Shown: positions 1-8,166 of the stretch, one piece after another
Position numbering within the stretch: position 1 is the first letter of the stretch
How the letters are laid out: each line of letters starts with the position of its first letter
NCBI GenBank assembly: GCA_904501845.1
Contig: CAJGCH010000001.1
Location: forward strand, 1-35,511
From: an uncultured Bacillaceae bacterium
GTDB lineage: Bacteria; Bacillota; Bacilli; Bacillales; Pradoshiaceae
Length of the DNA: 35,511 bases
Reading direction: 5' to 3'
Program-made: the position numbers and the translations under genes
Notes under the pieces: model-generated
The model's database searches: none
What the model saw: the letters and a program-made list of their open reading frames with translations, nothing else
Told to the model about the DNA's origin: nothing

Positions 1-1
1 A

Positions 2-403
2 TTTGCTTTCCTGCCGGAAAATCCGGCTAAAGAAAAGGGGGAGAATTTCTCCCTGCCGGCGAGCGGAATCATTATGGAAAACTTTGAAAAAAATGGTCAA
101 GGAGTAATTGTGAAAACGGCAGCAGCGGCCTCTGTCGGGACAGTCAAAGAAGGCGTCGTAATTTATGCGGGAGAAAAAGAAGAGTATGGGAAAACGGTCA
201 TTATCCAGCATGCAGACAAGAGCGAGTCTTGGTATGGGAATTTAGATTCGATTGACGTTAGCCTATATGAGCAGGTAACAAAAGGAGCAAAACTTGGAAG
301 GGTTCAGGCCTCAGAGGAAGAGGAGGGGAAAGGGGAATTCTATTTTGCGCTGAAATCTGAAGGAAGGTTCATCGACCCGGGTGAGGTGATTTCCTTTGAG
401 TAA
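2..403 (+). CDS. spoIVFA: Stage IV sporulation protein FA (M23-like fold), 5' end outside window
   Basis: Frame is open from base 2 (FAFLPENPAKEKGENFSLPASG...). M23-like segment GKTVIIQHAD...ESWYGNL...FIDP. Overlaps spoIVFB start. Confidence 0.9.
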   Translation, partial: FAFLPENPAKEKGENFSLPASGIIMENFEKNGQGVIVKTAAAASVGTVKEGVVIYAGEKEEYGKTVIIQHADKSESWYGNLDSIDVSLYEQVTKGAKLGRVQASEEEEGKGEFYFALKSEGRFIDPGEVISFE

Positions 404-1262
404 GATTTTGCCGGTCTTCTCGAAGATTCGCATCCATCCCCTGACATGGGCAGTCATGGGGTTAGGAGCCATCACGGCACAATTTATGGAATTATTAATG
501 ATGTTTTTTATTGTTCTTATCCATGAGCTCGGCCATGCGGCTGCCGCACAAATCTGCGGCTGGCGCATCAAAGTGGTCACGCTCCTTCCGTTTGGCGGGG
601 AGCTTGAGACAGAGGAGCATGGTAACCGGCCGTGGAAGGAAGAGATGGCAGTGCTCTTAGCGGGCCCCTTGCAGCATCTTTGGCTTTACGCATTAGCCTT
701 TCTGTTATATGTGAATGGATGGATGGGTGACCATCTTTATCAGGAGTTTCTCCTTTTTAACACAGTGATTATGGCCGTAAACTTTCTTCCGGTCTGGCCG
801 CTTGATGGGGGAAAGCTGTTATTTATCTTCCTTAGCCTTCGCTACCCGTTTGTTCAGGCCCATCGCCTGATCATTCAATATTCCATCGGCATCCTGGCTG
901 TTCTTTTGGTTTGTCTCTTATCGCTGAACCCGCTCAATTTCAACTGGTGGGTAATAGCAGGCTTCCTGGGCTACTCGTTATGGAAGGAATGGAAGCATCG
1001 GCAATATGTGTTCATGCGCTTTTTGCTTGAGAGGCATTACGGCCATCAGCAGGACATTAGAGCTATATCCAAGCTTGAGGCGGAAAGGGAGACGCCTATC
1101 TTTGAGATTCTCGAACATTTTCGCAGAGATAATAAACATGTCATCGTGATTAAGAAGGACATGAAAGAGATTGGGAAGCTTGATGAGTCAGAGGTCCTTC
1201 ATGCTTGCTTTACCTCAAAGCTCGCCTATCGGCCAATCGGGGAACTGCTGTATCCTTATTGA
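396..1262 (+). CDS. spoIVFB: Stage IV sporulation protein FB, M50 intramembrane metalloprotease (pro-sigmaK processing)
   Basis: HELGH zinc motif, NFLPVWPLDGG motif, several hydrophobic helices. TTG start after GAGGTG. Confidence 0.95.
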   Translation: MSKILPVFSKIRIHPLTWAVMGLGAITAQFMELLMMFFIVLIHELGHAAAAQICGWRIKVVTLLPFGGELETEEHGNRPWKEEMAVLLAGPLQHLWLYALAFLLYVNGWMGDHLYQEFLLFNTVIMAVNFLPVWPLDGGKLLFIFLSLRYPFVQAHRLIIQYSIGILAVLLVCLLSLNPLNFNWWVIAGFLGYSLWKEWKHRQYVFMRFLLERHYGHQQDIRAISKLEAERETPIFEILEHFRRDNKHVIVIKKDMKEIGKLDESEVLHACFTSKLAYRPIGELLYPY

Positions 1263-1318
1263 CTGGCAGCCGCGGACTCGCTAAAGTTAGAGTAAGTGCC
1301 AGTTGGAGGGTATTTTTT

Positions 1319-2812
1319 ATGGATAAAATACTATTGGATTATCAGAATGAGGAAAAAAGGCTTGGCATCTGGAAGGATGGCAGGCTCTATGTATTGCATG
1401 TTGAACGGGACGGAGAAGGCCCATATGCGGGCAATATATATGAAGGAATCGTACGCGAGGTCGTTCCGGGCATGAATGCAGCCTTTGTGGATATCGGGCT
1501 TGAGAAGAACGCGTATTTGCCTTTTGAGGAGACGCCGCGCTACCAGCTTTCAGGCGGGAAACCGGGCATTGCTTATGTGAGGCAGGGCGAAAAGCTCCTT
1601 GTCCGGGTTGTCCGCGACCCACAAGGGACAAAGGGGGCAAAGGTAAGTGCGCTGATTGAGATCTCCTCACCTGACCTCATACTAATCAAGGGCGAGCATT
1701 TCGTGCGGACCTCAAAAAACGCAAGCCATCAAACCGCAAACAAATGGAAGAGCATCGCCAAAAAGCATCTGCAAGAGGATGAAGGGGTAATTATTCGCAC
1801 GCAATTCCTTGAGGCAGAGGAGCAGGAGTTTGCGGCGGCGCTTGCTAAGCTTCGGATGAGGTATGAGACACTTATCCGCCGCGCAAACGGGGTGAAGGCG
1901 CCTGCTCTTGTGAGCGGGCATAACCGGTTCACGCAAATCGTGCAAAAATGGACAGCGGGTACACAGGGGGAGTGCTATACGAACTCTTCAGAGGGAGTGA
2001 GGTTATTGGAGGATGCCATCTCCTCGGATGAATGGGAGATTATCCGTTCTAAAACCAATATTCCGCTTTTTGAGGAGCATAAGGCTGAAGCAGACCTGGA
2101 GAAAGCAGCTAAAAGGATTGTCTGGCTGTCAAATGGAGCCTATTTATTGTTTGAGCGAACCGAGGCCATGCATGTTATAGATGTGAATACAGGGAAATTT
2201 ACAGGGAAGCATGAACAGTGGAAAACAATGCTGGAGACGAATCTTCTTGCCGCGAAAGAGGTTGGCCGGCAAGTCATCCTCCGCAATCTTTCTGGAATCA
2301 TTGTCATTGATTTTATTAACATGACCTCGGCTTCTGACCGTAAGAAGGTGGCGGCTGAGATGGAGGCGGCGCTCAGTGCGGATTTGACTCGTTCAGTCGT
2401 CGTAGGTTTCACAGAGCTTGGTCTCTTGCAAATCACACGCAAGAAAGAAGGACCAGATTTGTACGAGGTCATTCTCGAGGATTGTCCGCGCTGCCATGGG
2501 GCGGGGCATATTCAAGGGAACAAGGCGGAATGGTTTGAGCTGTCAAGGCAGCTTGAAGCTATGCGTTATTTGTTAGATGATGGCCTATGGATTGATGCAG
2601 ATGAAGACTTCTTTGCCTTTTTGAAGGGGCGAGAGAAGCATTTGGATACACGAGGGAAACAAGTATTCATCAGGCAAGCAGCAGTGAAGGGCAGCCATCG
2701 TTTCGTCATCCGGGCAACCGGGACAGTAAACGAGCTTGAAGAGAGAATCGCGCGTGCAGCTGCTGGAGAAGAGACCGGCGGTTTATTACGATTAATGGTA
2801 AAACAAGATTGA
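1319..2812 (+). CDS. rng: RNase E/G family ribonuclease
   Basis: S1 segment GNIYEGIV...PGMNAAFVDIG, catalytic VIDVNTG and IVIDFI motifs, Zn-link CPRCHGAG. Start moved to ATG 1319 after GGAGGG. Confidence 0.9.
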   Translation: MDKILLDYQNEEKRLGIWKDGRLYVLHVERDGEGPYAGNIYEGIVREVVPGMNAAFVDIGLEKNAYLPFEETPRYQLSGGKPGIAYVRQGEKLLVRVVRDPQGTKGAKVSALIEISSPDLILIKGEHFVRTSKNASHQTANKWKSIAKKHLQEDEGVIIRTQFLEAEEQEFAAALAKLRMRYETLIRRANGVKAPALVSGHNRFTQIVQKWTAGTQGECYTNSSEGVRLLEDAISSDEWEIIRSKTNIPLFEEHKAEADLEKAAKRIVWLSNGAYLLFERTEAMHVIDVNTGKFTGKHEQWKTMLETNLLAAKEVGRQVILRNLSGIIVIDFINMTSASDRKKVAAEMEAALSADLTRSVVVGFTELGLLQITRKKEGPDLYEVILEDCPRCHGAGHIQGNKAEWFELSRQLEAMRYLLDDGLWIDADEDFFAFLKGREKHLDTRGKQVFIRQAAVKGSHRFVIRATGTVNELEERIARAAAGEETGGLLRLMVKQD

Positions 2813-2838
2813 CAATGAATGTCCCAATATGATAGTAT
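2809..2838 (+). promoter_or_regulatory. sigmaA-type promoter of the rplU operon
   Basis: TTGACA (2809-2814), 18 bp, TAGTAT (2833-2838) with TGn extension. Confidence 0.75.
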
Positions 2839-2847
2839 TTGTTTGTT

Positions 2848-2930
2848 ATGTTTGTAGCACCCATGCTACAACCGCTCATGTCAGGTTATTAAGTCCGCAA
2901 TTGTGGCGCCTGCCGTTGGCGAGTCTTAGA
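2848..2930 (+). promoter_or_regulatory. L21 leader (ribosomal protein leader RNA); ends approximate
   Basis: Hairpin TTGTAGCA-CCCA-TGCTACAA (2852-2871), then ACCGC...GGCGAGTC, directly upstream of rplU as in Bacillales. Confidence 0.75.
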
Positions 2931-2950
2931 TCAATCAAGGAGGTGCAGGT

Positions 2951-3259
2951 ATGTACGCAATTATCGAAACTGGTGGTAAACAAGTTAAAGTAGAAGAAGG
3001 TCAATCTATCTACGTTGAGAAATTGAACGTTGAAGAGGGTGGCACAGTTACTTTCGACAAAGTTTTATTCGTAGGTGGAGACGATGTGAAAGTTGGAAGC
3101 CCTGTTGTTGAAGGCGCTACTGTAACAGGTAAAGTCGAAAAACAAGGTAAAGACAAGAAAATCATCGTTTTCAAATACAAAGCGAAAAAGAACAACCGTA
3201 AGAAACAAGGTCACCGTCAGCCTTACACAAAAGTAACGATCGAGAAGATCAGCTTCTAA
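2951..3259 (+). CDS. rplU: 50S ribosomal protein L21
   Basis: [11 protein letters not shown]...[20 protein letters not shown]. Confidence 0.99.
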   Translation: MYAIIETGGKQVKVEEGQSIYVEKLNVEEGGTVTFDKVLFVGGDDVKVGSPVVEGATVTGKVEKQGKDKKIIVFKYKAKKNNRKKQGHRQPYTKVTIEKISF

Positions 3260-3269
3260 GGCGACGCGC

Positions 3270-3593
3270 ATGATTAAAGTAAAGGTAGTTCGAGATGACG
3301 AGCGGGTACAATCGTTCAGTCTGTCAGGACATGCCGATTTTGCAAGAAAAGGTCAGGATATTGTTTGTGCCGGGGTATCGGCAGTAGCCTTTGGTTCTGT
3401 CAATGCAATCCTAAGCTTGACGAATGTGAAGCCTAAGATTGACCAAGCGGGCAAAGAGGGCGGCTATCTGGAAGTCACGTTTCCGGTGACGGAGGAAGAC
3501 GAAAAGGTGCAGCTTCTTATTCAAGCCATGCTTGTATCCCTGCAGACAATTGAACGTGACTATGGCAAATACATGAAAATTATAAATAGCTAA
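3270..3593 (+). CDS. prp: Ribosomal-processing cysteine protease Prp (YsxB)
   Basis: SGHA and DIVCAGVS catalytic His/Cys motifs. Lies between rplU and rpmA. Confidence 0.95.
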   Translation: MIKVKVVRDDERVQSFSLSGHADFARKGQDIVCAGVSAVAFGSVNAILSLTNVKPKIDQAGKEGGYLEVTFPVTEEDEKVQLLIQAMLVSLQTIERDYGKYMKIINS

Positions 3594-3608
3594 CAGGAGG
3601 TGGAATAA

Positions 3609-3899
<291 letters not shown>

Positions 3900-3913
3900 T
3901 AAAACAAACAATG

Positions 3914-3948
3914 AAGCTCTGACCTCATCGGTTGGAGTTTTCTTTTTA
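3914..3948 (+). terminator. Rho-independent terminator after rpmA
   Basis: AAGCTCTGACC-loop-GGTTGGAGTTT (several G-U pairs) followed by TCTTTTT. Confidence 0.7.
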
Positions 3949-4057
3949 TAAAGCCTCCTATGCTCAATAAGCTATATGTTACACTTCCCTTATAGACCCC
4001 AATTATTATTTGCTGCGGACGATGTATTCCTCTCCTGAAGTATTAAGGAAACAGCTA

Positions 4058-4066
4058 TGCTATACT
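4058..4066 (+). promoter_or_regulatory. Extended -10 element upstream of spo0B
   Basis: TGcTATACT about 60 bp before the start codon. No clear -35. Confidence 0.5.
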
Positions 4067-4127
4067 AGTATAAACGTTGAATTAATCAGTACCTCATTTA
4101 ATATATCCGACAGGAGAATGTATTGAG

Positions 4128-4658
4128 ATGGAGACTAAATGGACCACAATCGATTTATTGAGGCACTCAAGGCATGATTGGCTGAATAAGATCCAGCTGA
4201 TCAAGGGCAATCTGGCGTTAGGGAAAATGGACCGCGTGTCAGGGCTAATTGAGGAAATCATAATAGATGCGAAACAGGAAGCGAAACTGTCGAATTTGGA
4301 CATGCCATGCTTGGCGGAACTCTTGCTGACGGGCAATTGGCGTCATTATACATTCGAGCTCGGATTTGAGATTATTGACGATATAGGCGGTTTTGCTGAA
4401 CAAGACAGGAGTTTGACGGGCTTCATGCTTGATTTTTTTGAAGCGCTCAATAAGAAGGTGACAGGCAGTTCCGTACATACGCTGATTGTCATGATCAGCA
4501 GCTCTGAGGAAGCTTCCTTGAGGATCGGGTTTGATTTTCAGGGACGTGTGAACAGTGTCGAGAATCTTTTCGACGGCTTGGCGGTGCCGAATACTATTGA
4601 AATGTCTGCTCCTTCAGGTGATAAAAATTCTTTTTTCTTTGAATTAACGGTAAGATAA
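4128..4658 (+). CDS. spo0B: Sporulation initiation phosphotransferase B
   Basis: RHSRHDWLNKIQLIKG phosphoacceptor helix. Located between rpmA and obg. Confidence 0.93.
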   Translation: METKWTTIDLLRHSRHDWLNKIQLIKGNLALGKMDRVSGLIEEIIIDAKQEAKLSNLDMPCLAELLLTGNWRHYTFELGFEIIDDIGGFAEQDRSLTGFMLDFFEALNKKVTGSSVHTLIVMISSSEEASLRIGFDFQGRVNSVENLFDGLAVPNTIEMSAPSGDKNSFFFELTVR

Positions 4659-4701
4659 CAACAAAGAGAACTAGGTAAAAGAAAGTAGGTGTCAAACGCC
4701 C

Positions 4702-5991
4702 ATGTTTGTGGATCAGGTCAAGATTTATGTAAAAGGCGGTGACGGCGGAAACGGAATGGTAGCTTTCCGCCGAGAGAAGTATGTGCCAAAAGGAGGCCCA
4801 GCCGGAGGTGACGGCGGGCATGGCGCAAATGTTGTGTTTGAAGTGGAAGAAGGACTTCGCACATTGATGGACTTCCGATATAAGAGACATTTCAAGGCTC
4901 CGCGCGGAGAACACGGAATGTCCAAAAACCAGCACGGTAAAAATTCAGCCGATATGATCGTAAAGGTGCCGCCGGGAACAGTCGTTTCTGATGCGGATAC
5001 TGGTGAGATCATTGCCGATTTAACCGAGCATGGCCAGCGTGCCATCATTGCTAAAGGCGGACGCGGAGGCCGAGGCAATACACGTTTTGCCACTCCAGCG
5101 AATCCGGCTCCGGAACTATCGGAAAAGGGTGAGCCAGGGGTTGAGCGCAATATCATTATGGAATTGAAATTACTTGCTGATGTAGGACTTGTCGGATTCC
5201 CGAGTGTCGGGAAATCGACCTTGCTTGCATCCGTTTCAGCGGCTCGTCCAAAAATCGCAGAATATCATTTCACAACAATTGTGCCGAATTTAGGCGTAGT
5301 TGAGACAGAGGATGGACGGAGCTTTGTCATGGCTGATCTTCCCGGCTTGATTGAAGGAGCCCATGAAGGTGTAGGATTAGGTCATCAATTCCTGCGTCAT
5401 ATTGAGCGAACACGTGTCATTGTTCATGTGATTGATATGTCCGGTCAAGAAGGACGCGACCCATATGAGGATTATGTAACGATTAATAAGGAGCTTGAGG
5501 AATACAATCTGCGCCTTACTGAAAGGCCGCAAATCATTGCCGCAAGCAAAATGGATATGCCGGATTCTGAGGAGAACTTTCAGGCCTTTAAAGAAAAACT
5601 GGAGGAGGATGTTCAAATCTTCCCAATCTCTTCTGTTACACGAGAAGGTTTACGCGAGCTTCTATATGCGGTAGCCGATAAGATTGAAGAAACACCGGAA
5701 TTCCCGCTTGAGCATGATGAGGACCAAACAGGTATCCACCGTGTGCTTTATAAGCATGAAACGGAAAAAGAAGAGTTCATGATTAGCCGAGAATCTGACG
5801 GCACCTTTGTCGTTACCGGCGAAAAACTCGAGAAGCTCTTTAAGATGACTGACTTCAGCCGTGATGAATCTGTTAAGCGTTTTGCCCGCCAGCTTCGTGC
5901 AATGGGTGTAGATGAGGCGCTCCGTCAACGCGGTGCTGAAGACGGAGATATCGTCCGTTTGATGGAGTATGAATTCGAATTTATTGACTAG
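4702..5991 (+). CDS. obgE: GTPase Obg/CgtA
   Basis: Gly-rich Obg fold, GFPSVGKS (G1), YHFTT (G2), DLPG (G3), SKMD (G4 variant), C-terminal OCT domain. Confidence 0.99.
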   Translation: MFVDQVKIYVKGGDGGNGMVAFRREKYVPKGGPAGGDGGHGANVVFEVEEGLRTLMDFRYKRHFKAPRGEHGMSKNQHGKNSADMIVKVPPGTVVSDADTGEIIADLTEHGQRAIIAKGGRGGRGNTRFATPANPAPELSEKGEPGVERNIIMELKLLADVGLVGFPSVGKSTLLASVSAARPKIAEYHFTTIVPNLGVVETEDGRSFVMADLPGLIEGAHEGVGLGHQFLRHIERTRVIVHVIDMSGQEGRDPYEDYVTINKELEEYNLRLTERPQIIAASKMDMPDSEENFQAFKEKLEEDVQIFPISSVTREGLRELLYAVADKIEETPEFPLEHDEDQTGIHRVLYKHETEKEEFMISRESDGTFVVTGEKLEKLFKMTDFSRDESVKRFARQLRAMGVDEALRQRGAEDGDIVRLMEYEFEFID

Positions 5992-6023
5992 GTCTGATTG
6001 AATTGGTGATTGGGGGCGTTTTG

Positions 6024-6476
6024 ATGCAAAATAAGCTAGATAAGCGTTTTTTTCTTGTGAGAGAGGATGTTTTGCCTGAGGCGATGCAAAAGACGCTGCA
6101 GGCAAAGGAGATGATTGAGCGCGGGAAGGTTCTGTCTGTATGGGATGCGGTCCATAAGGTCGGTCTGAGCAGAAGTGCCTTCTATAAATACCGTGACACA
6201 GTCTTTCCTTTCCATAATGTCGTGAAGGAGAAAATCATTACGCTCTTCTTTCATCTTGAGGATCGTTCTGGCACTCTGTCGGAGCTCCTGCAGATTGTTG
6301 CCTCGTCTGGGTGCAATGTTCTGACTATTCATCAAACCATCCCTCTGCAAGGAAAGGCGAATGTGACCCTTTCCTTGAATACGGGTGATATGCACATCGA
6401 TATGAATGAATTTATCCATCGGTTAAAAAGTCTGGAGTTTGTAGATAAGGTTGAAATACTTGGCTCGGGGGCCTGA
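6024..6476 (+). CDS. thrR: ACT-domain transcriptional regulator ThrR (formerly PheB)
   Basis: REDVLPEAM...[14 protein letters not shown], then ACT domain [10 protein letters not shown]. Start moved to ATG 6024. Confidence 0.9.
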   Translation: MQNKLDKRFFLVREDVLPEAMQKTLQAKEMIERGKVLSVWDAVHKVGLSRSAFYKYRDTVFPFHNVVKEKIITLFFHLEDRSGTLSELLQIVASSGCNVLTIHQTIPLQGKANVTLSLNTGDMHIDMNEFIHRLKSLEFVDKVEILGSGA

Positions 6477-6545
6477 TGTTTGAAAGAACCGGGCCTCTTT
6501 CTTATTGATAAGAAAGTTCAGCTAGAAGACTAGGGGGAAGGATCA

Positions 6546-7391
6546 GTGGAAAGAATCGCATTTCTAGGTCCAAAAGCAACATTCTGTGATTTGGCGGCGA
6601 CTAAATTATTTGATAATTCCGAAAGAATTGCGTACGGGACGATTCCCGAATGCATTGATGCAGCAGACAAGAACGAAGTGGATTATGCGGTAGTGCCGCT
6701 TGAGAACGCGCTTGAGGGTTCTGTCAATATTACAATGGACTATTTGATTCATGAAGTACGTGTGCCGATTGTGGCAGAGTTTTCCTCACCCATTCGCCAG
6801 CATTTAATGATGCACCCTGACCATGCGGATAAGATAGGGGAAATTGAACGAATCTATTCGCATAGCCATGCCATTGCTCAATGTCATAAATACCTGCACG
6901 GAGAGCTGAAAGGGGTAAGGTGTGAAAACGCGACATCCACAGCCTTTGCCGCCCAATATGTGAGTGAGCATCCGGAGGAGGTAGCAGCCGCAATAGCGAA
7001 TGAGATGGCAGCTTTGGAGTATGGGCTTACGATTGTGAAGCCAGACATTCATGATTATGTCCATAATCATACACGGTTTGTCGTGCTCAGCCATAAGCCG
7101 ATTGGCGAGCGGCTCGAGGGCCTTGTGCGTAAAGGGGAGAAAACGACGGTGATGGTCTTGCTGCCGGCTGACCATGCCGGAGCCCTGCATCAAGTTCTTT
7201 CCGCGTTCTCGTGGCGAAAGCTCAATCTCTCAAAAATTGAGTCAAGACCGCTCAAGACGGGCTTAGGGAATTATTTCTTCATCATAGACATTGACCAGCT
7301 CATGGATGATGTCCTTCTCCCAGGTGCCATCGCCGAAATGGAAGCGCTCGGCTGCAAGGTTTACATAATGGGAAGTTATTATAGCTATTAA
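6546..7391 (+). CDS. pheA: Prephenate dehydratase
   Basis: AFLGPKAT, PLENALEGSV, NHTRF, LSKIESRP motifs. Confidence 0.97.
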   Translation: MERIAFLGPKATFCDLAATKLFDNSERIAYGTIPECIDAADKNEVDYAVVPLENALEGSVNITMDYLIHEVRVPIVAEFSSPIRQHLMMHPDHADKIGEIERIYSHSHAIAQCHKYLHGELKGVRCENATSTAFAAQYVSEHPEEVAAAIANEMAALEYGLTIVKPDIHDYVHNHTRFVVLSHKPIGERLEGLVRKGEKTTVMVLLPADHAGALHQVLSAFSWRKLNLSKIESRPLKTGLGNYFFIIDIDQLMDDVLLPGAIAEMEALGCKVYIMGSYYSY

Positions 7392-7443
7392 AAAAGCTGC
7401 CTGAAGGAGCCTGATTTTATAGGTTCTTTTCGGCGGCTTTTTT
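7390..7443. terminator. Bidirectional terminator between convergent pheA and niaR
   Basis: A-run, GCTGCC-TGAAGGAGCCT...AGGTTCTTTTC-GGCGGC, T-run. Confidence 0.8.
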
Positions 7444-7459
7444 GTATCTGGTTAACCAG

Positions 7460-7993
7460 TTATTCAATTAAGAAACCTGCTTCACGCAAGGAATCGACCG
7501 CATGCTGCAATTGTTCGTCGGTCTGTGCCTCGAGTGTATGTAAATGGATGCCATTTGTCAGCTGGGATAGAAGAGATGCGTTCGTCGTCTTTAGCTTCAT
7601 GATGAATTGACGCACATCGCTGCGATTAGAGACCATGATGGATGCAGTGAGGTCACCGTACAGGGGATGATCAACCTTCACATCCTTTACCGTCACGCCG
7701 CAATCGACTATGAGCTGCAGTTCTCTTTCGGTATCTTCCGGCGCATGTTCGCTTGCAATGACGATTGTTTTGAATGATGCTCTGTTCTCTTCGTTTTGGA
7801 GGTATAAATAGCCGTTAGGAGTAGCAATAATCGGATGGTTTCGCGCTTTAAGAAGAGTTATATCCCCTACGATAATTTGGCGGCTAACGGAGCAAAGCTT
7901 GGCAAGCTCCCCTCCCTTAATTGGTTTCGTTCCTTCTTTTAAAATGTCCACAAGATAGTCTCTGCGTTCTTCTGCACTGTACTTTTTCGCCAA
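7460..7993 (-). CDS. niaR: Niacin-responsive transcriptional repressor NiaR (NadR/YrxA)
   Basis: HTH VSRQIIVGDITLLKA plus 3H domain (EH...HPLYG...HLHT). TTG start after AAGGAGG. Confidence 0.93.
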   Translation of the reverse strand: MAKKYSAEERRDYLVDILKEGTKPIKGGELAKLCSVSRQIIVGDITLLKARNHPIIATPNGYLYLQNEENRASFKTIVIASEHAPEDTERELQLIVDCGVTVKDVKVDHPLYGDLTASIMVSNRSDVRQFIMKLKTTNASLLSQLTNGIHLHTLEAQTDEQLQHAVDSLREAGFLIE

Positions 7994-8043
7994 AAGTCCA
8001 TCCTCCTTGATCTTCTTTAGAATTTAATTTCGTGATTGTTCTC

Positions 8044-8072
8044 ATTGTAACATAGGGGTTTTTTCTCATAAA
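8044..8072 (-). promoter_or_regulatory. Putative sigmaA promoter of niaR
   Basis: Minus strand TTTATG, 17 bp, TACAAT with TGn extension. Confidence 0.55.
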
Positions 8073-8107
8073 TAGAAAGGGTGACGCATAAATTTTCTTG
8101 AAACATA

Positions 8108-8136
8108 ATAGCAATCTGCCCAATCAATCATAGTAT
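8108..8136 (+). promoter_or_regulatory. Putative sigmaE promoter of safA
   Basis: ATA-N18-CATAGTAT resembles the sigmaE consensus. safA is sigmaE-dependent in B. subtilis. Confidence 0.5.
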
Positions 8137-8166
8137 ATATGGACATTGTGTAAGGAGGGATTAGGC

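Noticed and set aside
1205..1318. N-terminal extension of rng in the ORF track
   Set aside because: Overlaps spoIVFB; the RBS supports ATG 1319. I made similar start corrections for thrR, safA, bofC, ruvA, ruvB, tgt, secDF, yrvD and tcdA.
4594..6105. Long antisense ORFs opposite obg (likewise opposite ruvB, tgt, secDF, rel and aspS)
   Set aside because: Typical antisense shadows of conserved genes, with no recognisable domains.
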